A DNA stretch of 64,000 nt from an uncultured Rickettsiales bacterium (GCA_964416435.1 CAYQEG010000010.1:3488-67487); one strand, 5' to 3'. Positions 18,309-28,207 are shown, numbered from the stretch's first letter. Numbers and translations: made by a program. Notes: a model not told the origin generated them from the letters alone.

Positions 18309-18872
18309 CTACCTCAGGACTCGCTCGAGCTTGCGTAAAGCACGACGCACCGACTCATCGGTGTCCAATTCGTGCACCTCGGACAGGGCCATCCAGCGGG
18401 CGTCCCTGGCGTCGCTGCCCGCCCTCAGCGCTTCGCTGCGGGCGTCGAAGCAGAAGCGCACGTCCAGGTGCTGGTGCGGGGGCTCGCCCTTGCGGGGGTT
18501 GGCCGGGATGTCGTGGATGTCGACGTCGAGCAGCCCGTCGAACAGCGCGCTGGGCACGAGGTCGGACAGCCCGGTCTCCTCCCGAACCTCCCGAAGGGCG
18601 GCGGTGGCGATGTCCGCGTCGTCGGGGTCCACGTGGCCACCGGGCTGCACCCAGAAGCCGAACTTGCCATGGAGGATCAGCAGGACGCGATCCCGGGCGG
18701 GGGAGAGGACGAACGCCGACGCGGTGAAGTGGCCGGGGTCGAAGTGGTCTCGGGCGAACGGATCGTCCTCCGAGCGGAGCACCGAGTACATCCTCGAGAC
18801 GAAGCCGGCCTCTCGCTCGTCGGCCGGTACGTGGGCGCTCAACAAGGCGGCGAGGTGGTCGCGACGCTGCAT
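18309..18872 (-). CDS. NUDIX hydrolase
   Basis: Nudix box GGHVDPDDADIATAALREVREETGL. Confidence 0.8.
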   Translation of the reverse strand: MQRRDHLAALLSAHVPADEREAGFVSRMYSVLRSEDDPFARDHFDPGHFTASAFVLSPARDRVLLILHGKFGFWVQPGGHVDPDDADIATAALREVREETGLSDLVPSALFDGLLDVDIHDIPANPRKGEPPHQHLDVRFCFDARSEALRAGSDARDARWMALSEVHELDTDESVRRALRKLERVLR

Positions 18873-18898
18873 GCCCGGACCAGTAGCATGCGGATCGC

Positions 18899-19438
18899 AT
18901 GTCGGCCTCCCGTCGCTCGGTGTTGAAGATCGGCCTCGTCGGATCCGCGGTCGTGGCGGTCGGCGGGGCGGGCCTGGCCCTGCGCCCGACCCACCTCCTG
19001 GCCCCCGGGGCCCCCCTCCGCTGCCTGACCGACAAGCAGTTCAGCGTGCTCGCGGCGGTCGCCGACGCCCTCCTCCCCGAGCGGGACGGTTGGCCGCGCC
19101 CCGGCGAGATCGGCATCGCCGAAGAGGTCGACGCCACGCTCGCCTGCTGCCATCCGGGGGTCCGCAAGGAGATGGGACAGGTCCTCGGCCTGATCGAGAA
19201 CGCCCTCGTGGGCCTGCTCGTCGACCGCCGGTTCACGACGTTCACGGGATCCAGCCGCGAACGCCAGCGCAGGATCCTGGAGGGCTGGCGGCACTCCCGC
19301 AGCGCCACCCTCAAGGCGTGCTTCCTGGCGGTACACGGCTTCGTCGTCGCCGCCTACTTCAACCGACCCGAGATCCACGCGCTCATCGGCTACCCCGGCG
19401 TCCCCTCCTGGATCACCGACATCCGGCTGGCCGAGTGA
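18899..19438 (+). CDS. Tat-signal small subunit of a GMC oxidoreductase (gluconate 2-dehydrogenase subunit 3-like)
   Basis: Twin-arginine signal SRRSVLKIGLVGSAVVAV; GTGA overlap with downstream flavoprotein start. Confidence 0.6.
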   Translation: MSASRRSVLKIGLVGSAVVAVGGAGLALRPTHLLAPGAPLRCLTDKQFSVLAAVADALLPERDGWPRPGEIGIAEEVDATLACCHPGVRKEMGQVLGLIENALVGLLVDRRFTTFTGSSRERQRRILEGWRHSRSATLKACFLAVHGFVVAAYFNRPEIHALIGYPGVPSWITDIRLAE

Positions 19439-20967
19439 CCATCCACACCGCCCCCACCCTCACCGCCAGCGTCGAACGGAGCTGCGACGTCTGTGTGATC
19501 GGCTCGGGCGCGGGCGGCGCGGTGACGGCAGCGCGCCTGGCGGAGCAGGGACTGAACGTCGTGGTGCTCGAGGAGGGCGGCCACTTCACGAAGCGGGACT
19601 TCGACGGGGACGAAGGCCGGGCCTACACGCGGCTGTACCAGGGGCGCGGGGCGTGGGCCACGACGGACCTGTCGATGACGATCCTGCAGGGCCGCACCGT
19701 GGGCGGCAGCACGACCGTCAACTGGACCACCTGCTACCGCACCCCCGAGCGCATCCTGGAGCACTGGCGCGCGGTGCACGGGATCGAAGGCTGGGACGCC
19801 GCCACGCTGGCCCCCCACTTCGACGCCGTCGAGGAGCGGCTCAGCATCACCACCTGGCCGCGCCCGTTGATCAACAAGAACAACGAGGCGCTGCTCGAAG
19901 GCGCCAGCCAGCTCGGCTGGGAGGCCCATCAACTGCGACGGAACGTCGCCGGCTGCGCCAACAGCGGCTTCTGCGGGCTGGGCTGTCCGGTCGGCGCCAA
20001 GCAGGCGATGGGCGTCACCTACGTGCGAGACGCGACCGAGGCGGGGGCCGAGGTGTTCGCCAACACGCGGGTGGATCGCATCGAGGTGTCGGACGGCCGG
20101 GCCGTCGCGGTGCACGGCCAGGTCCTCGATCCGGACGACGACCACGCGACGGGCGCCCTGGTCACGGTGCGACCTCGGGTCGTGGTGCTGAGCGCCGGCG
20201 CCATCGGCAGCCCCTGCGTCCTGCTCCGGTCGGGCATCGAGGGGGGCCCCGTGGGCCGGCGCACCTGGATGCATCCGGTCATCGCGGTGTCCGGGATCTA
20301 CGGCCGACGGATCGACGGCTTCTACGGCGCCCCCCAGTCGGTCGCGTCGCACCAGTTCGTGGACCGGGGCGACGGCAAGATCGGCTGGTTCATGGAGACG
20401 CCTCCGATGCAGCCGATGCTCATCTCGACCGGGACCGCGCTCCACGGCGGCGATCTCTACGACCTGATGGCGACCCTCCCCAACGTCTCCTCGGTGCTCG
20501 GGATCACGGTCGACGGGCTGCTCCCCCACGAGACCGGCGCGACGGTGACGCTGCGCAAGGACGGCCGTCCCGACATCACCTACGACTGGACGGAGGAGCA
20601 CCGGGAGGCGTTCCGCGAGGCGTCGGTGGCGATGGCGCGCGTCTGCCTCGCGGCGGGCGCCACCGAGGTGGCGACCGGCCACATCGAGCCGGTGCGGATC
20701 CGCTCGACCGACGGCCTGGACTCGATCCGGTCCGCCACGTACGGGCCGATGGCGCACCGGATCTTCACCGCCCACCAGATGGGTGGCTGCGCGATGGGCC
20801 CGGATTCGGAGACGAGCGTCGTGGACCCGTCGCTGCGGCATCACCGGGTGCCCAACCTGTTCGTCGTCGACGGCTCGGTGCTGCCGACCGCGCTGGGGGT
20901 GAACCCCAGCGAGACGATCTACGGGATCGCCCATCGGGCCGCCGCCGGGGTCGCCGCGGCGGTCTGA
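19435..20967 (+). CDS. GMC-family FAD-dependent oxidoreductase (flavoprotein subunit); GTG start overlapping upstream stop
   Basis: CDVCVIGSGAGGAVTAARLAEQGLNVVVLEEG FAD-binding fingerprint; C-terminal GMC motifs (HQMGGCAMG); the track ORF from 18280 is over-extended. Confidence 0.75.
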   Translation: MTIHTAPTLTASVERSCDVCVIGSGAGGAVTAARLAEQGLNVVVLEEGGHFTKRDFDGDEGRAYTRLYQGRGAWATTDLSMTILQGRTVGGSTTVNWTTCYRTPERILEHWRAVHGIEGWDAATLAPHFDAVEERLSITTWPRPLINKNNEALLEGASQLGWEAHQLRRNVAGCANSGFCGLGCPVGAKQAMGVTYVRDATEAGAEVFANTRVDRIEVSDGRAVAVHGQVLDPDDDHATGALVTVRPRVVVLSAGAIGSPCVLLRSGIEGGPVGRRTWMHPVIAVSGIYGRRIDGFYGAPQSVASHQFVDRGDGKIGWFMETPPMQPMLISTGTALHGGDLYDLMATLPNVSSVLGITVDGLLPHETGATVTLRKDGRPDITYDWTEEHREAFREASVAMARVCLAAGATEVATGHIEPVRIRSTDGLDSIRSATYGPMAHRIFTAHQMGGCAMGPDSETSVVDPSLRHHRVPNLFVVDGSVLPTALGVNPSETIYGIAHRAAAGVAAAV

Positions 20968-21005
20968 TCTGGCGTCGGGCGCGGCCGTGCGCGTAGACTC
21001 CGTCG

Positions 21006-21491
21006 ATGCGTTACCTCCCGATGGTCCTGGTGCTGCTCGGCGCCCTGCTCCTCCCCCCGCCGCTCGACGCCGCCCCCAAGGGCGACAAGCGCGTCGAGTC
21101 CGCGCTCAAGCGCCTCAAGGTCAGCTACGAGGTCGATGACGAGGGGGACTTCCTGCTCGACTTCGCGATGGATGGAAACCGCACCCAGCGGGTCGTCGTG
21201 TTCTCGCGCACCCAGACCTACGGCGCCTACGAGATCCGCGAGATCGCCTCGGGGGCCCACTACGCGGCCCTGCCGATCGACGGCACCGTGGCGACCCAGC
21301 TGATGCTCGACAACCCGACCCGCAAGGTCGGGCACTGGGAGATGCAGTCGGGCAGCGACGCCTGGAGCGTCGTCTTCACGGCTCGAATCCCGGCGAAGAT
21401 GAAGCCGGATCAGCTGCTCGACGTCATCGAGGCGGTCGGCGCCACGGCCGACGACATGGAGCAGCGCCTCAACGGCGGCGACCGGTTCTGA
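21006..21491 (+). CDS. Hypothetical secreted protein, possibly YbjN-like fold
   Basis: Signal peptide MRYLPMVLVLLGALLLPPPLDAA; ~150 aa mixed alpha/beta; function is a guess. Confidence 0.4.
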   Translation: MRYLPMVLVLLGALLLPPPLDAAPKGDKRVESALKRLKVSYEVDDEGDFLLDFAMDGNRTQRVVVFSRTQTYGAYEIREIASGAHYAALPIDGTVATQLMLDNPTRKVGHWEMQSGSDAWSVVFTARIPAKMKPDQLLDVIEAVGATADDMEQRLNGGDRF

Positions 21492-21591
21492 GCGGGGCGC
21501 CAACGAGCGCTCCCGTTCCCTCACAACCGCTTACTTCCTGCGATGGGCCGCAGTCCCCACCATCGGTACCTGACACCGATGGAGGACCGCC

Positions 21592-22413
21592 GTGCTTCGC
21601 TTCACCCCTGCCCTGCTCGCCCTGGCCCTGACCGCCTGCACCTCGGGCGTGCCCGCGGACGCCGACCTGGACTGCGCCCAGGCCACCTCGTTGCTCGACG
21701 TGGGCGCAGCGCCCGGCCCGGGCGCGAGCTACGTCGACGCCGACCTGGCCGGCTGGTGCGCCGGCGACAGCTTCGTCGTCGAGGGGAACGGGCTGCCCCA
21801 CTACACCTTCATCGCCATGACGCCCAACGCTCTGGAGGAGGCGGACCATCGGTGGGAGCTGCCGACCGACCCGACCGTCGCCAGCTCGCCGTCGGCGATT
21901 CCGCTGCTCGGTCAGATCGGCTTCACGGTCGGCGGCACGTCGATCTTCGGCCCCAACGAGGCCGAGTTCCCCGACCCCTACGGCGACCCCGTCTACAACG
22001 GCATCGTCGACGGCTGCGCCGGCCACACCGCGTTCGAGTATCACAACCACGCCCTGGACGAACGCTGCCTGAGCGACGACGGCCTCGTCGCCGAGCCCTG
22101 GACCCTGCCCCAGCCGGACGGCGGCGAGCCGTCTCCCATCATCGGCTGGGCCTTCGACGGCTTCGCCATCTACGGGTCGTTCGGCTGCGCCGACGCGGAC
22201 TGCACCGAGGTCGTCGAGTACGTCAGCGGCTACCAGCAGATCGCGGACCCGTCGACCTACGCCTGGGACGCCCACGAGTACGTCGCGAGCAGCGACGACC
22301 GGGTGCTCGACGCCTGCAACGGCCACGTCGGCCCCGAGGGCGACTACCACTACCACGCCACCTCCACCTTCCCCTACGTGCTCGGCTGCTACGCCGGCAC
22401 GCCCGCGGAGTGA
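21592..22413 (+). CDS. YHYH-domain lipoprotein, paralog 1
   Basis: Lipobox LTACTSG; C-terminal DACNGHVGPEGDYHYHATSTFPYVLGCYAG (YHYH motif). Confidence 0.65.
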   Translation: MLRFTPALLALALTACTSGVPADADLDCAQATSLLDVGAAPGPGASYVDADLAGWCAGDSFVVEGNGLPHYTFIAMTPNALEEADHRWELPTDPTVASSPSAIPLLGQIGFTVGGTSIFGPNEAEFPDPYGDPVYNGIVDGCAGHTAFEYHNHALDERCLSDDGLVAEPWTLPQPDGGEPSPIIGWAFDGFAIYGSFGCADADCTEVVEYVSGYQQIADPSTYAWDAHEYVASSDDRVLDACNGHVGPEGDYHYHATSTFPYVLGCYAGTPAE

Positions 22414-22417
22414 CCCG

Positions 22418-23446
22418 ATGAGCCACCGAATCCTCGCCCTGGTCGCGTTCCTGCTGCTGCCCCTGACCGGCTGCGTCACCCCGACCGGCAGCTTCGCCGA
22501 CGATGACGACGCAGCCGATGACGACGACGCCACCGACGACGACGACGCCACCGACGACGACGACATCGCAGCCGATGACGACGACGCGACCGACGACGAC
22601 GACGACGCGACCGACGACGACGACGACGCGACCGACGACGACGACGCGACGCCGTCGGGCTGCTGGGAGGCCGAGACGCTGCTGGACGTGGCGTCGGCGC
22701 CCGGCCCCGGCGCCGGCTACCCCGACCCGGAGCTGTCGGGCGAGTGCGACGGCGACCTCTTCGTGGTGGAGGGCAACGGCATCCCCCACTACACGTTCGT
22801 CGCGCTGACCCCCAACGAGCTCGTCGAGGCGGACCACAGCTGGGAGATCCCCCGGGATCCGGAGGTCGCGGACAGCCCGTCGGACATCCCGCTGCTCGGC
22901 CAGATCGCGTTCACGGTCGGCGGGACGTCCATCTTCGGCCCCAACGAGGCCGAGTTCCCCGACCCCTACGGCGACCCCGTCTACAACGGCATCACCGACG
23001 GCTGCACCGGCCACACTGCGTTCGAGTATCACAACCACGCGCTGCAGCAGAAGTGCCTGACGGTCGCCGGCCTGGTGTCCGAACCGTGGACCCTGCCGGA
23101 CGTCGACCAGGACGAGCCGTCCCCGGTCATCGGCTGGGCCCTGGACGGGTTCCCGATCTACGGCCCCTACGGCTGCCTGGACGCCGGCTGCTCCGAGGTC
23201 GTCGAGTACACCTCGGGCTGGGTCCAGATCGCCGACCCGAGCACGTACGCGTGGGACGCCCACGAGTACCAGCCGTCGAGCGACGCCTCGGTGCTGGACG
23301 CCTGCAACGGCCACGTCGGCCCGGACGGCGACTACCACTATCACGCCACCGCCACCTTCCCCTACGTGCTCGGCTGCTACGCCGGCACCCCGGTCGCGGG
23401 CGGCGGCCCGGGCGGCGGCGGCGGGGGGGGAGGACCCGGTCGGTGA
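22418..23446 (+). CDS. YHYH-domain lipoprotein, paralog 2, with ~60-aa poly-Asp low-complexity linker after the lipobox
   Basis: Lipobox LPLTGCV; DDDDAADDDDATDDDD... repeats; ~70% identity to paralog 1 over the globular part; same YHYH motif. Confidence 0.65.
   Translation: MSHRILALVAFLLLPLTGCVTPTGSFADDDDAADDDDATDDDDATDDDDIAADDDDATDDDDDATDDDDDATDDDDATPSGCWEAETLLDVASAPGPGAGYPDPELSGECDGDLFVVEGNGIPHYTFVALTPNELVEADHSWEIPRDPEVADSPSDIPLLGQIAFTVGGTSIFGPNEAEFPDPYGDPVYNGITDGCTGHTAFEYHNHALQQKCLTVAGLVSEPWTLPDVDQDEPSPVIGWALDGFPIYGPYGCLDAGCSEVVEYTSGWVQIADPSTYAWDAHEYQPSSDASVLDACNGHVGPDGDYHYHATATFPYVLGCYAGTPVAGGGPGGGGGGGGPGR
22500..22650 (+). repeat. Tandem GAC/GAT-rich 12-15 nt repeats encoding the poly-Asp linker
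   Basis: gacgacgacgcsaccgacgac units repeated ~9 times. Confidence 0.8.
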
Positions 23447-23463
23447 GCGCTGTGTCCTCGCGC

Positions 23464-24309
23464 ATGTCCGGCAAGACACCGTCGGGTCGGCCTCACGTGC
23501 CCCATGTGCTCGACAACGCGGTGGGTGCCGCACTCGCGCTCGCCTCGAGCCTCTTGCTGGGCTGTCCCGGCGTCGAGGACGACACCGCCGCTCCGGCGTC
23601 CATCGACAGTGACGCCGCCCTGACGTTGAGCTCGGCCAGCTGGGGGCTGGCGTGGGATCTGGGCCGAGTCGAGGCAGCGGGCGACGGGTGGGTCGGCAAG
23701 ACGGACACGGGCTACCGCTTCGAGCTGGAGTCCGGGTTCCTGGTCGACTACGCGGTGCAGCTGGTGGCCTGCGACAACGCGGTGATGGCGAGCCGCGGCG
23801 GTGACCGGTGGCTGGGGCTGTTGGGGATCGGCGTGGCGCACGCCCACCACGGCGAGGTGCAGGACACATCGCTGATCGAGCCGGTGGAGGTCGAGGTCGT
23901 GGGGGCCCCCGACCGGGCGCTCGCGTGGTCGCGGTTCACTCCGGGGGAGTACTGCGGCCTGCACTGGCTGGTCGCGCGGGGCGACCCCGAGACCCGGACG
24001 GACGACGGCGCGAGCGCGTGGGGCACGAGCCTGAAGCTGACGGGCCGCTGGTGGGGCGTCGACGGGGTCGCGGGTGACATCGCCCTGAGCACGTCGCTCA
24101 ACCGGCCGATGCTCCGCGGCTTCGACGACTGCGCCCTGCGCGGTAACGGCGAGCACGCCACGGTCACCCTGACCCGGGACCTGGGCGGCCTCTTCGACGG
24201 GGTCGACTTCGAGCAGGACGGCCCGTCCGCCATCGAGTGGGCGGTGCTGGGCAACCTGGTGGACCAGGGGAGCTGCGACGTCGCCCTCGGCTCTCCGTCG
24301 AGGGGCTGA
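23464..24309 (+). CDS. Hypothetical lipoprotein
   Basis: Lipobox ASSLLLGCPG; in-frame ATG 18 nt after upstream stop; the track ORF from 22744 is over-extended. Confidence 0.45.
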   Translation: MSGKTPSGRPHVPHVLDNAVGAALALASSLLLGCPGVEDDTAAPASIDSDAALTLSSASWGLAWDLGRVEAAGDGWVGKTDTGYRFELESGFLVDYAVQLVACDNAVMASRGGDRWLGLLGIGVAHAHHGEVQDTSLIEPVEVEVVGAPDRALAWSRFTPGEYCGLHWLVARGDPETRTDDGASAWGTSLKLTGRWWGVDGVAGDIALSTSLNRPMLRGFDDCALRGNGEHATVTLTRDLGGLFDGVDFEQDGPSAIEWAVLGNLVDQGSCDVALGSPSRG

Positions 24310-24312
24310 CGC

Positions 24313-25827
24313 CTACCAGGGGCTGAGCAGGATGTAGGCCTTGCCGGGGCCCGCGTCGCCTGGGGCGCCGACCAGGAGGTCGCCGAGGCCGTCGCCGTCG
24401 AGGTCGCCCAGGCCGACCACGTCGCTGCCGAACTCGTCGTCCGCCACCGCGCCGCGGACGAGGCCCCCGCTGAACGCGACCGGGAACGCTCCGCCGGCCG
24501 CCACGATGGCGCCGGACGTGATGTAGACGGCGCCTGCGTCTTCCCCGGCCGCGTCGTTGCGGGGAGCGCCGATGCCGATGTCGGGCACGCCGTCGCCGTC
24601 CACGTCGCCGAGGGCCGTGACCGAGAAGCCGGCACGATCGCCCTCGACTTCGCCGACCAGGGCCGTGGCGGCGGAGACCAGGTAGGCCTGGCCGAACGTC
24701 ACCGTGCCGCCGCGCACGACGTAGACCTTGCCGGCGTTGCTGCCGCCGTCGTCGTTGTTGCGAGCCGACAGCACGAAGTCGGAGATCGAGTCGCCGTCGA
24801 TGTCGCCGATCTCGGTGAGGTCGGTCGCCAGGCGGTCGTCGCCCGACTCGCCCAGGAACCGCGCGTCCGCCCCGGGCAGGGCGATCGTGCCGCCCTCGGA
24901 CTCGATCACCGTCGCGGCGAGGAACAGCGACACCTTGCCCGCGTTGGGGCCGCCCCCCTCGGAGTTGCCCTGCGTGCCGATCAGCAGCTCCCGCAGCCCG
25001 TCGCCGTCGAGGTCGCCGATGCCCCCCGACTGGCAGCCGGACGCCTGTCCCGGTCCCTGCCCCGGGAAGTCCGCCCAGGCGGCGAACGCCGAGGTCGCTT
25101 CGCTCGCCATGAGCGAAGCGCCGCTGACCAGGTAGCTGCGGCCGGCGACGTTGCCGGCCGTCGAGTTGACCGTGTTGGAGACGATCACCTCGCTCGAGCC
25201 GTCGCCGTCCATGTCGCCGACGAAGCGGACGCACTCGGCCACCTGGTCCGTGACCCGATGGGGGGCGTCGGTGGTCGCGATGTCGCCGCCGGCGGCGATC
25301 TGGTCCCCCAGGAAGATCCAGGTGTCGGTGACGCCGTCGGCCCCGACCGCGAGGTCATCGACGCCGTCGCCGTCCAGGTCTCCGGCGTCGAGGGACTCCC
25401 CGAGGTTCCCGCCCGCCAGCGGTCCGATGATGGTGGCGTCGGCGTCCGCGACGTCGATCTCGGCGCCGTCATCGGCGGCCTGCAGGGTGGAGCCGAAGAA
25501 GACATAGACGCGACCGGACGCGTCCTCCTCCGGATCCTCCGGCGCGCCGAGGGCGACATCCGGCACGCCGTCACCGTCGAAGTCGCCCACCGCCATGGCG
25601 CCGCCGAGCCGCTCGACCGCCCCGACGAATCGGATCCGCGCCTCCTCCAGGGTCGGCCACTCGGCCGCCGGGGTGGTGTCGTCGTCATCGACCGCGGCCG
25701 AGTCGTCGTCGTCGTCGACCGCGGCCGAGTCGTCGTCGTCGTCTGCCACGGGGGGCGCGGAGTCGTCGTCGTCGGTGGGGCAGGCGGCCAGGAGGGCCAC
25801 GGCGAGCAGCAGGGGCATGAAGCGCAT
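24313..25827 (-). CDS. FG-GAP repeat lipoprotein with poly-Asp linker
   Basis: MRFMPLLLAVALLAACPTDDDDSAPPVADDDDD; repeated GDxDGDGxxD FG-GAP motifs; 504 aa; the track ORF (to 27189) is over-extended. Confidence 0.7.
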   Translation of the reverse strand: MRFMPLLLAVALLAACPTDDDDSAPPVADDDDDSAAVDDDDDSAAVDDDDTTPAAEWPTLEEARIRFVGAVERLGGAMAVGDFDGDGVPDVALGAPEDPEEDASGRVYVFFGSTLQAADDGAEIDVADADATIIGPLAGGNLGESLDAGDLDGDGVDDLAVGADGVTDTWIFLGDQIAAGGDIATTDAPHRVTDQVAECVRFVGDMDGDGSSEVIVSNTVNSTAGNVAGRSYLVSGASLMASEATSAFAAWADFPGQGPGQASGCQSGGIGDLDGDGLRELLIGTQGNSEGGGPNAGKVSLFLAATVIESEGGTIALPGADARFLGESGDDRLATDLTEIGDIDGDSISDFVLSARNNDDGGSNAGKVYVVRGGTVTFGQAYLVSAATALVGEVEGDRAGFSVTALGDVDGDGVPDIGIGAPRNDAAGEDAGAVYITSGAIVAAGGAFPVAFSGGLVRGAVADDEFGSDVVGLGDLDGDGLGDLLVGAPGDAGPGKAYILLSPW

Positions 25828-25902
25828 CGACAATGATGGTGGTACAAACCCAGCCGCCTGCAAAGGGGCGGCACCGACCCGGACGGCGCGGAGGGAGCGA
25901 GG

Positions 25903-26799
25903 ATGGGCGAGGTCGCTGCGCTGGCCGCCGCCCTCGCCTGGGCCTTCGCCAGCGTGCTGTGGGCGCGCCTCGGCCGCGAGACCGACGAGGTCACCCTCAA
26001 CTTCCTCAAGTGCACCCTGGCCGCGGCCGCGCTCTCCCTCACGCTCCTGATCCTCGACGGCGTCGGCTGGCCCGTCGGCGTCAGCCGCTCCGACCTCCTG
26101 TGGCTCGCGGCGTCCGGGGTCGCGGGGCTGACGCTGGGCGACTCCGCCTACTTCGCGGCCCTGACGCGCATCGGGCCGCGCCGCGCCCTGCTCGTCTGGG
26201 CCCTCGCGCCGGGGCTGTCGGCGCTGCTCGCCTGGCCGGTGCTCGGCGAGCCGATCCACGCCCGCATGGTGCTCGGCATGGTGCTCACCCTGGGCGGGGT
26301 CGTCTGGGTGATCGTCGAACGAACCCCCGACGACGACGGCAAGGCCTCCTCGAGCCTGAGCCGGAGGGAGCTGATGGGGGTGGGGTTCGCCGTGATCGCG
26401 CTGCTCGGCCAGGCGTCCAGCAACGTGCTGCAGAAGTTCGCGGGGCAGGACGCCGGCGCGCTGGGCTTGTCGGTGGTGCGGCTCTCCGTCGGCGCCCTCG
26501 GGCTGGGCATCTGGCTCGGCGCGATGGGTCGCCTCGCCGCCGCCGTCACGCCGATGAAGGAGCCGGCGAAGGCCGGGCGGATCGTGCTCGCGACGGCGAC
26601 CGGGACCTACATCGGGATCTGGCTGTCGGCCTACGGGCTGCTCCACGCCGAGGTCGGCGTGGCGTCGACCCTCAACGCCACCAGCCCCATCTTCGTGCTC
26701 CCCATCGCCGCCACGATGGCCGGTGATCGGATCTCCCGTCGGGCCATCGCCGGGGCCGTCATCGCCGTAGCCGGGGTGGCGATCTTCTTCGTGGGCTAA
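25903..26799 (+). CDS. EamA/DMT-family transporter
   Basis: 10-TM protein with two EamA-like halves. Confidence 0.6.
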   Translation: MGEVAALAAALAWAFASVLWARLGRETDEVTLNFLKCTLAAAALSLTLLILDGVGWPVGVSRSDLLWLAASGVAGLTLGDSAYFAALTRIGPRRALLVWALAPGLSALLAWPVLGEPIHARMVLGMVLTLGGVVWVIVERTPDDDGKASSSLSRRELMGVGFAVIALLGQASSNVLQKFAGQDAGALGLSVVRLSVGALGLGIWLGAMGRLAAAVTPMKEPAKAGRIVLATATGTYIGIWLSAYGLLHAEVGVASTLNATSPIFVLPIAATMAGDRISRRAIAGAVIAVAGVAIFFVG

Positions 26800-26809
26800 C
26801 CTCAAGGGA

Positions 26810-28192
26810 GTGGAAGGTTCCCTCGCGTTCATCGGCATGCTGGTGCTGCTGATGGCCTGCTTCATGACGGCGATCGTGCTGACGCTGATGTCCGCCCGAC
26901 GGCAGGTGGCCGCCAATCGCAGGCGCTGGATGGCCGCCGGCAAGCGCATGTCGTTGACGTTCAACCCCGGCACCGCCGGCCGGCTCGGCGAGCTGACCGG
27001 CAACTGGTGCGGTCGGGACGTCACGATCCGCCACGTGCCCGACGGCAACCCCAGCCCGGGGACCGAGTTCACCGTCGGGCTCAAGGGGCTCGCGTCCCGG
27101 ATCTCCCTCAAGACCGAGAGCCTCGCTACCGGGCTGGTGAAGACCGTCGGCGTGACCGACCCGGAGGTGGGAGACCCCGAGTTCGACAAGCGCTTCTACC
27201 TGCAGGGCAGCCAGGAGGCCCTGTTGACGGCGCTGGGGGCGGACGCGCGGGCCAAGCTCAACCGACCGGGCCTTCCTCCCGTGATCGAAGACGGCTGGAT
27301 GACGCTGCGGGTCGCCGACCTGGTGACCCACCCCGACCAGCTGCAGAAGTTCCTGCGTCGCGCTACGGCCGTGGCCGACTCCCTGGACGAGCTGCCCCCC
27401 GACGAGGCGCTGTTCCGCAACGCGACGGGCGACCCCGTCTGGGAGGTGCGTCGTCGGAGCGTCTCCGAGCTGCAGCATCGCCACCCGGGCAGCCCGCTGA
27501 CGGCCCAGCTCGGCGACGCGCTGGCCGACGATCGGCACCCCCGAGCCCGCGTCCTGGGGGCGACCCTCCTGCGGGACGGGGAGCGAGCCCGAGAGGTGCT
27601 GCGCTCGGTCGCCTTCGACGCCAACGCGCCCGGGGAGGCGCGGCTGGACGGGCTGCTCCTGCTGGAGGATCTCGGCCCCGAGGAAGACGACGCAGACGCG
27701 CTCTGGGTGGTCGCTCAGAAGGGACGGCTGGACGCTCTGCGGGCGTGTGCAGTGCGCACGATCGCCCAGCTCGGGCGGCCCCTCGACGTGCCGCGCCTCA
27801 TCCGCGCCAGCTCGATGGAGACCCCGATCGTGCGCGTCGCGGCCTGTCAGGCGGTCACCGCGATCGGCGGGCCCGACGCCCGGGAGCTGCTCGTGGAGGG
27901 GGTCACCGACCCGGACCCCGACGTCCGGCTGGCCGCGGTCCAGGGGCTGGAGCAGATCGGAGTCCTGGAGGACGTCGAGCTCCTGGTCGGGCCCGGCAGC
28001 AAGCGGGGCGACCTGGCGGTGGCCGCCAACGCGGCCATGGTGGCGATCCGCAAGCGGGCCGGCGTCGACCGGGCCGAGCACGGCCGGCTCGCGGTGTCCG
28101 ACGCCGAGCCGGACGCGGAGGGGCGGCTCAGCCCCGAAGCGGGCGAGCCGGGCGCGCTGAGCGCGCCGGGCGCGGCGAAGACGAAGGCCTGA
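26810..28192 (+). CDS. Membrane-anchored HEAT/PBS-lyase-repeat protein
   Basis: N-terminal TM; repeats of the form DPDPDVRLAAVQGLEQIG. Confidence 0.5.
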   Translation: MEGSLAFIGMLVLLMACFMTAIVLTLMSARRQVAANRRRWMAAGKRMSLTFNPGTAGRLGELTGNWCGRDVTIRHVPDGNPSPGTEFTVGLKGLASRISLKTESLATGLVKTVGVTDPEVGDPEFDKRFYLQGSQEALLTALGADARAKLNRPGLPPVIEDGWMTLRVADLVTHPDQLQKFLRRATAVADSLDELPPDEALFRNATGDPVWEVRRRSVSELQHRHPGSPLTAQLGDALADDRHPRARVLGATLLRDGERAREVLRSVAFDANAPGEARLDGLLLLEDLGPEEDDADALWVVAQKGRLDALRACAVRTIAQLGRPLDVPRLIRASSMETPIVRVAACQAVTAIGGPDARELLVEGVTDPDPDVRLAAVQGLEQIGVLEDVELLVGPGSKRGDLAVAANAAMVAIRKRAGVDRAEHGRLAVSDAEPDAEGRLSPEAGEPGALSAPGAAKTKA

Positions 28193-28207
28193 AGAGAGCC
28201 CCTGGGA

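Noticed and set aside
18280-20967. 895-aa ORF spanning the NUDIX gene antisense, the Tat small subunit and the GMC oxidoreductase
   Set aside because: Only the last 510 aa (19435..20967) encode the GMC flavoprotein. The upstream part is out-of-context read-through in another gene's antisense. A proper GTG start with a GTGA overlap is present at 19435.
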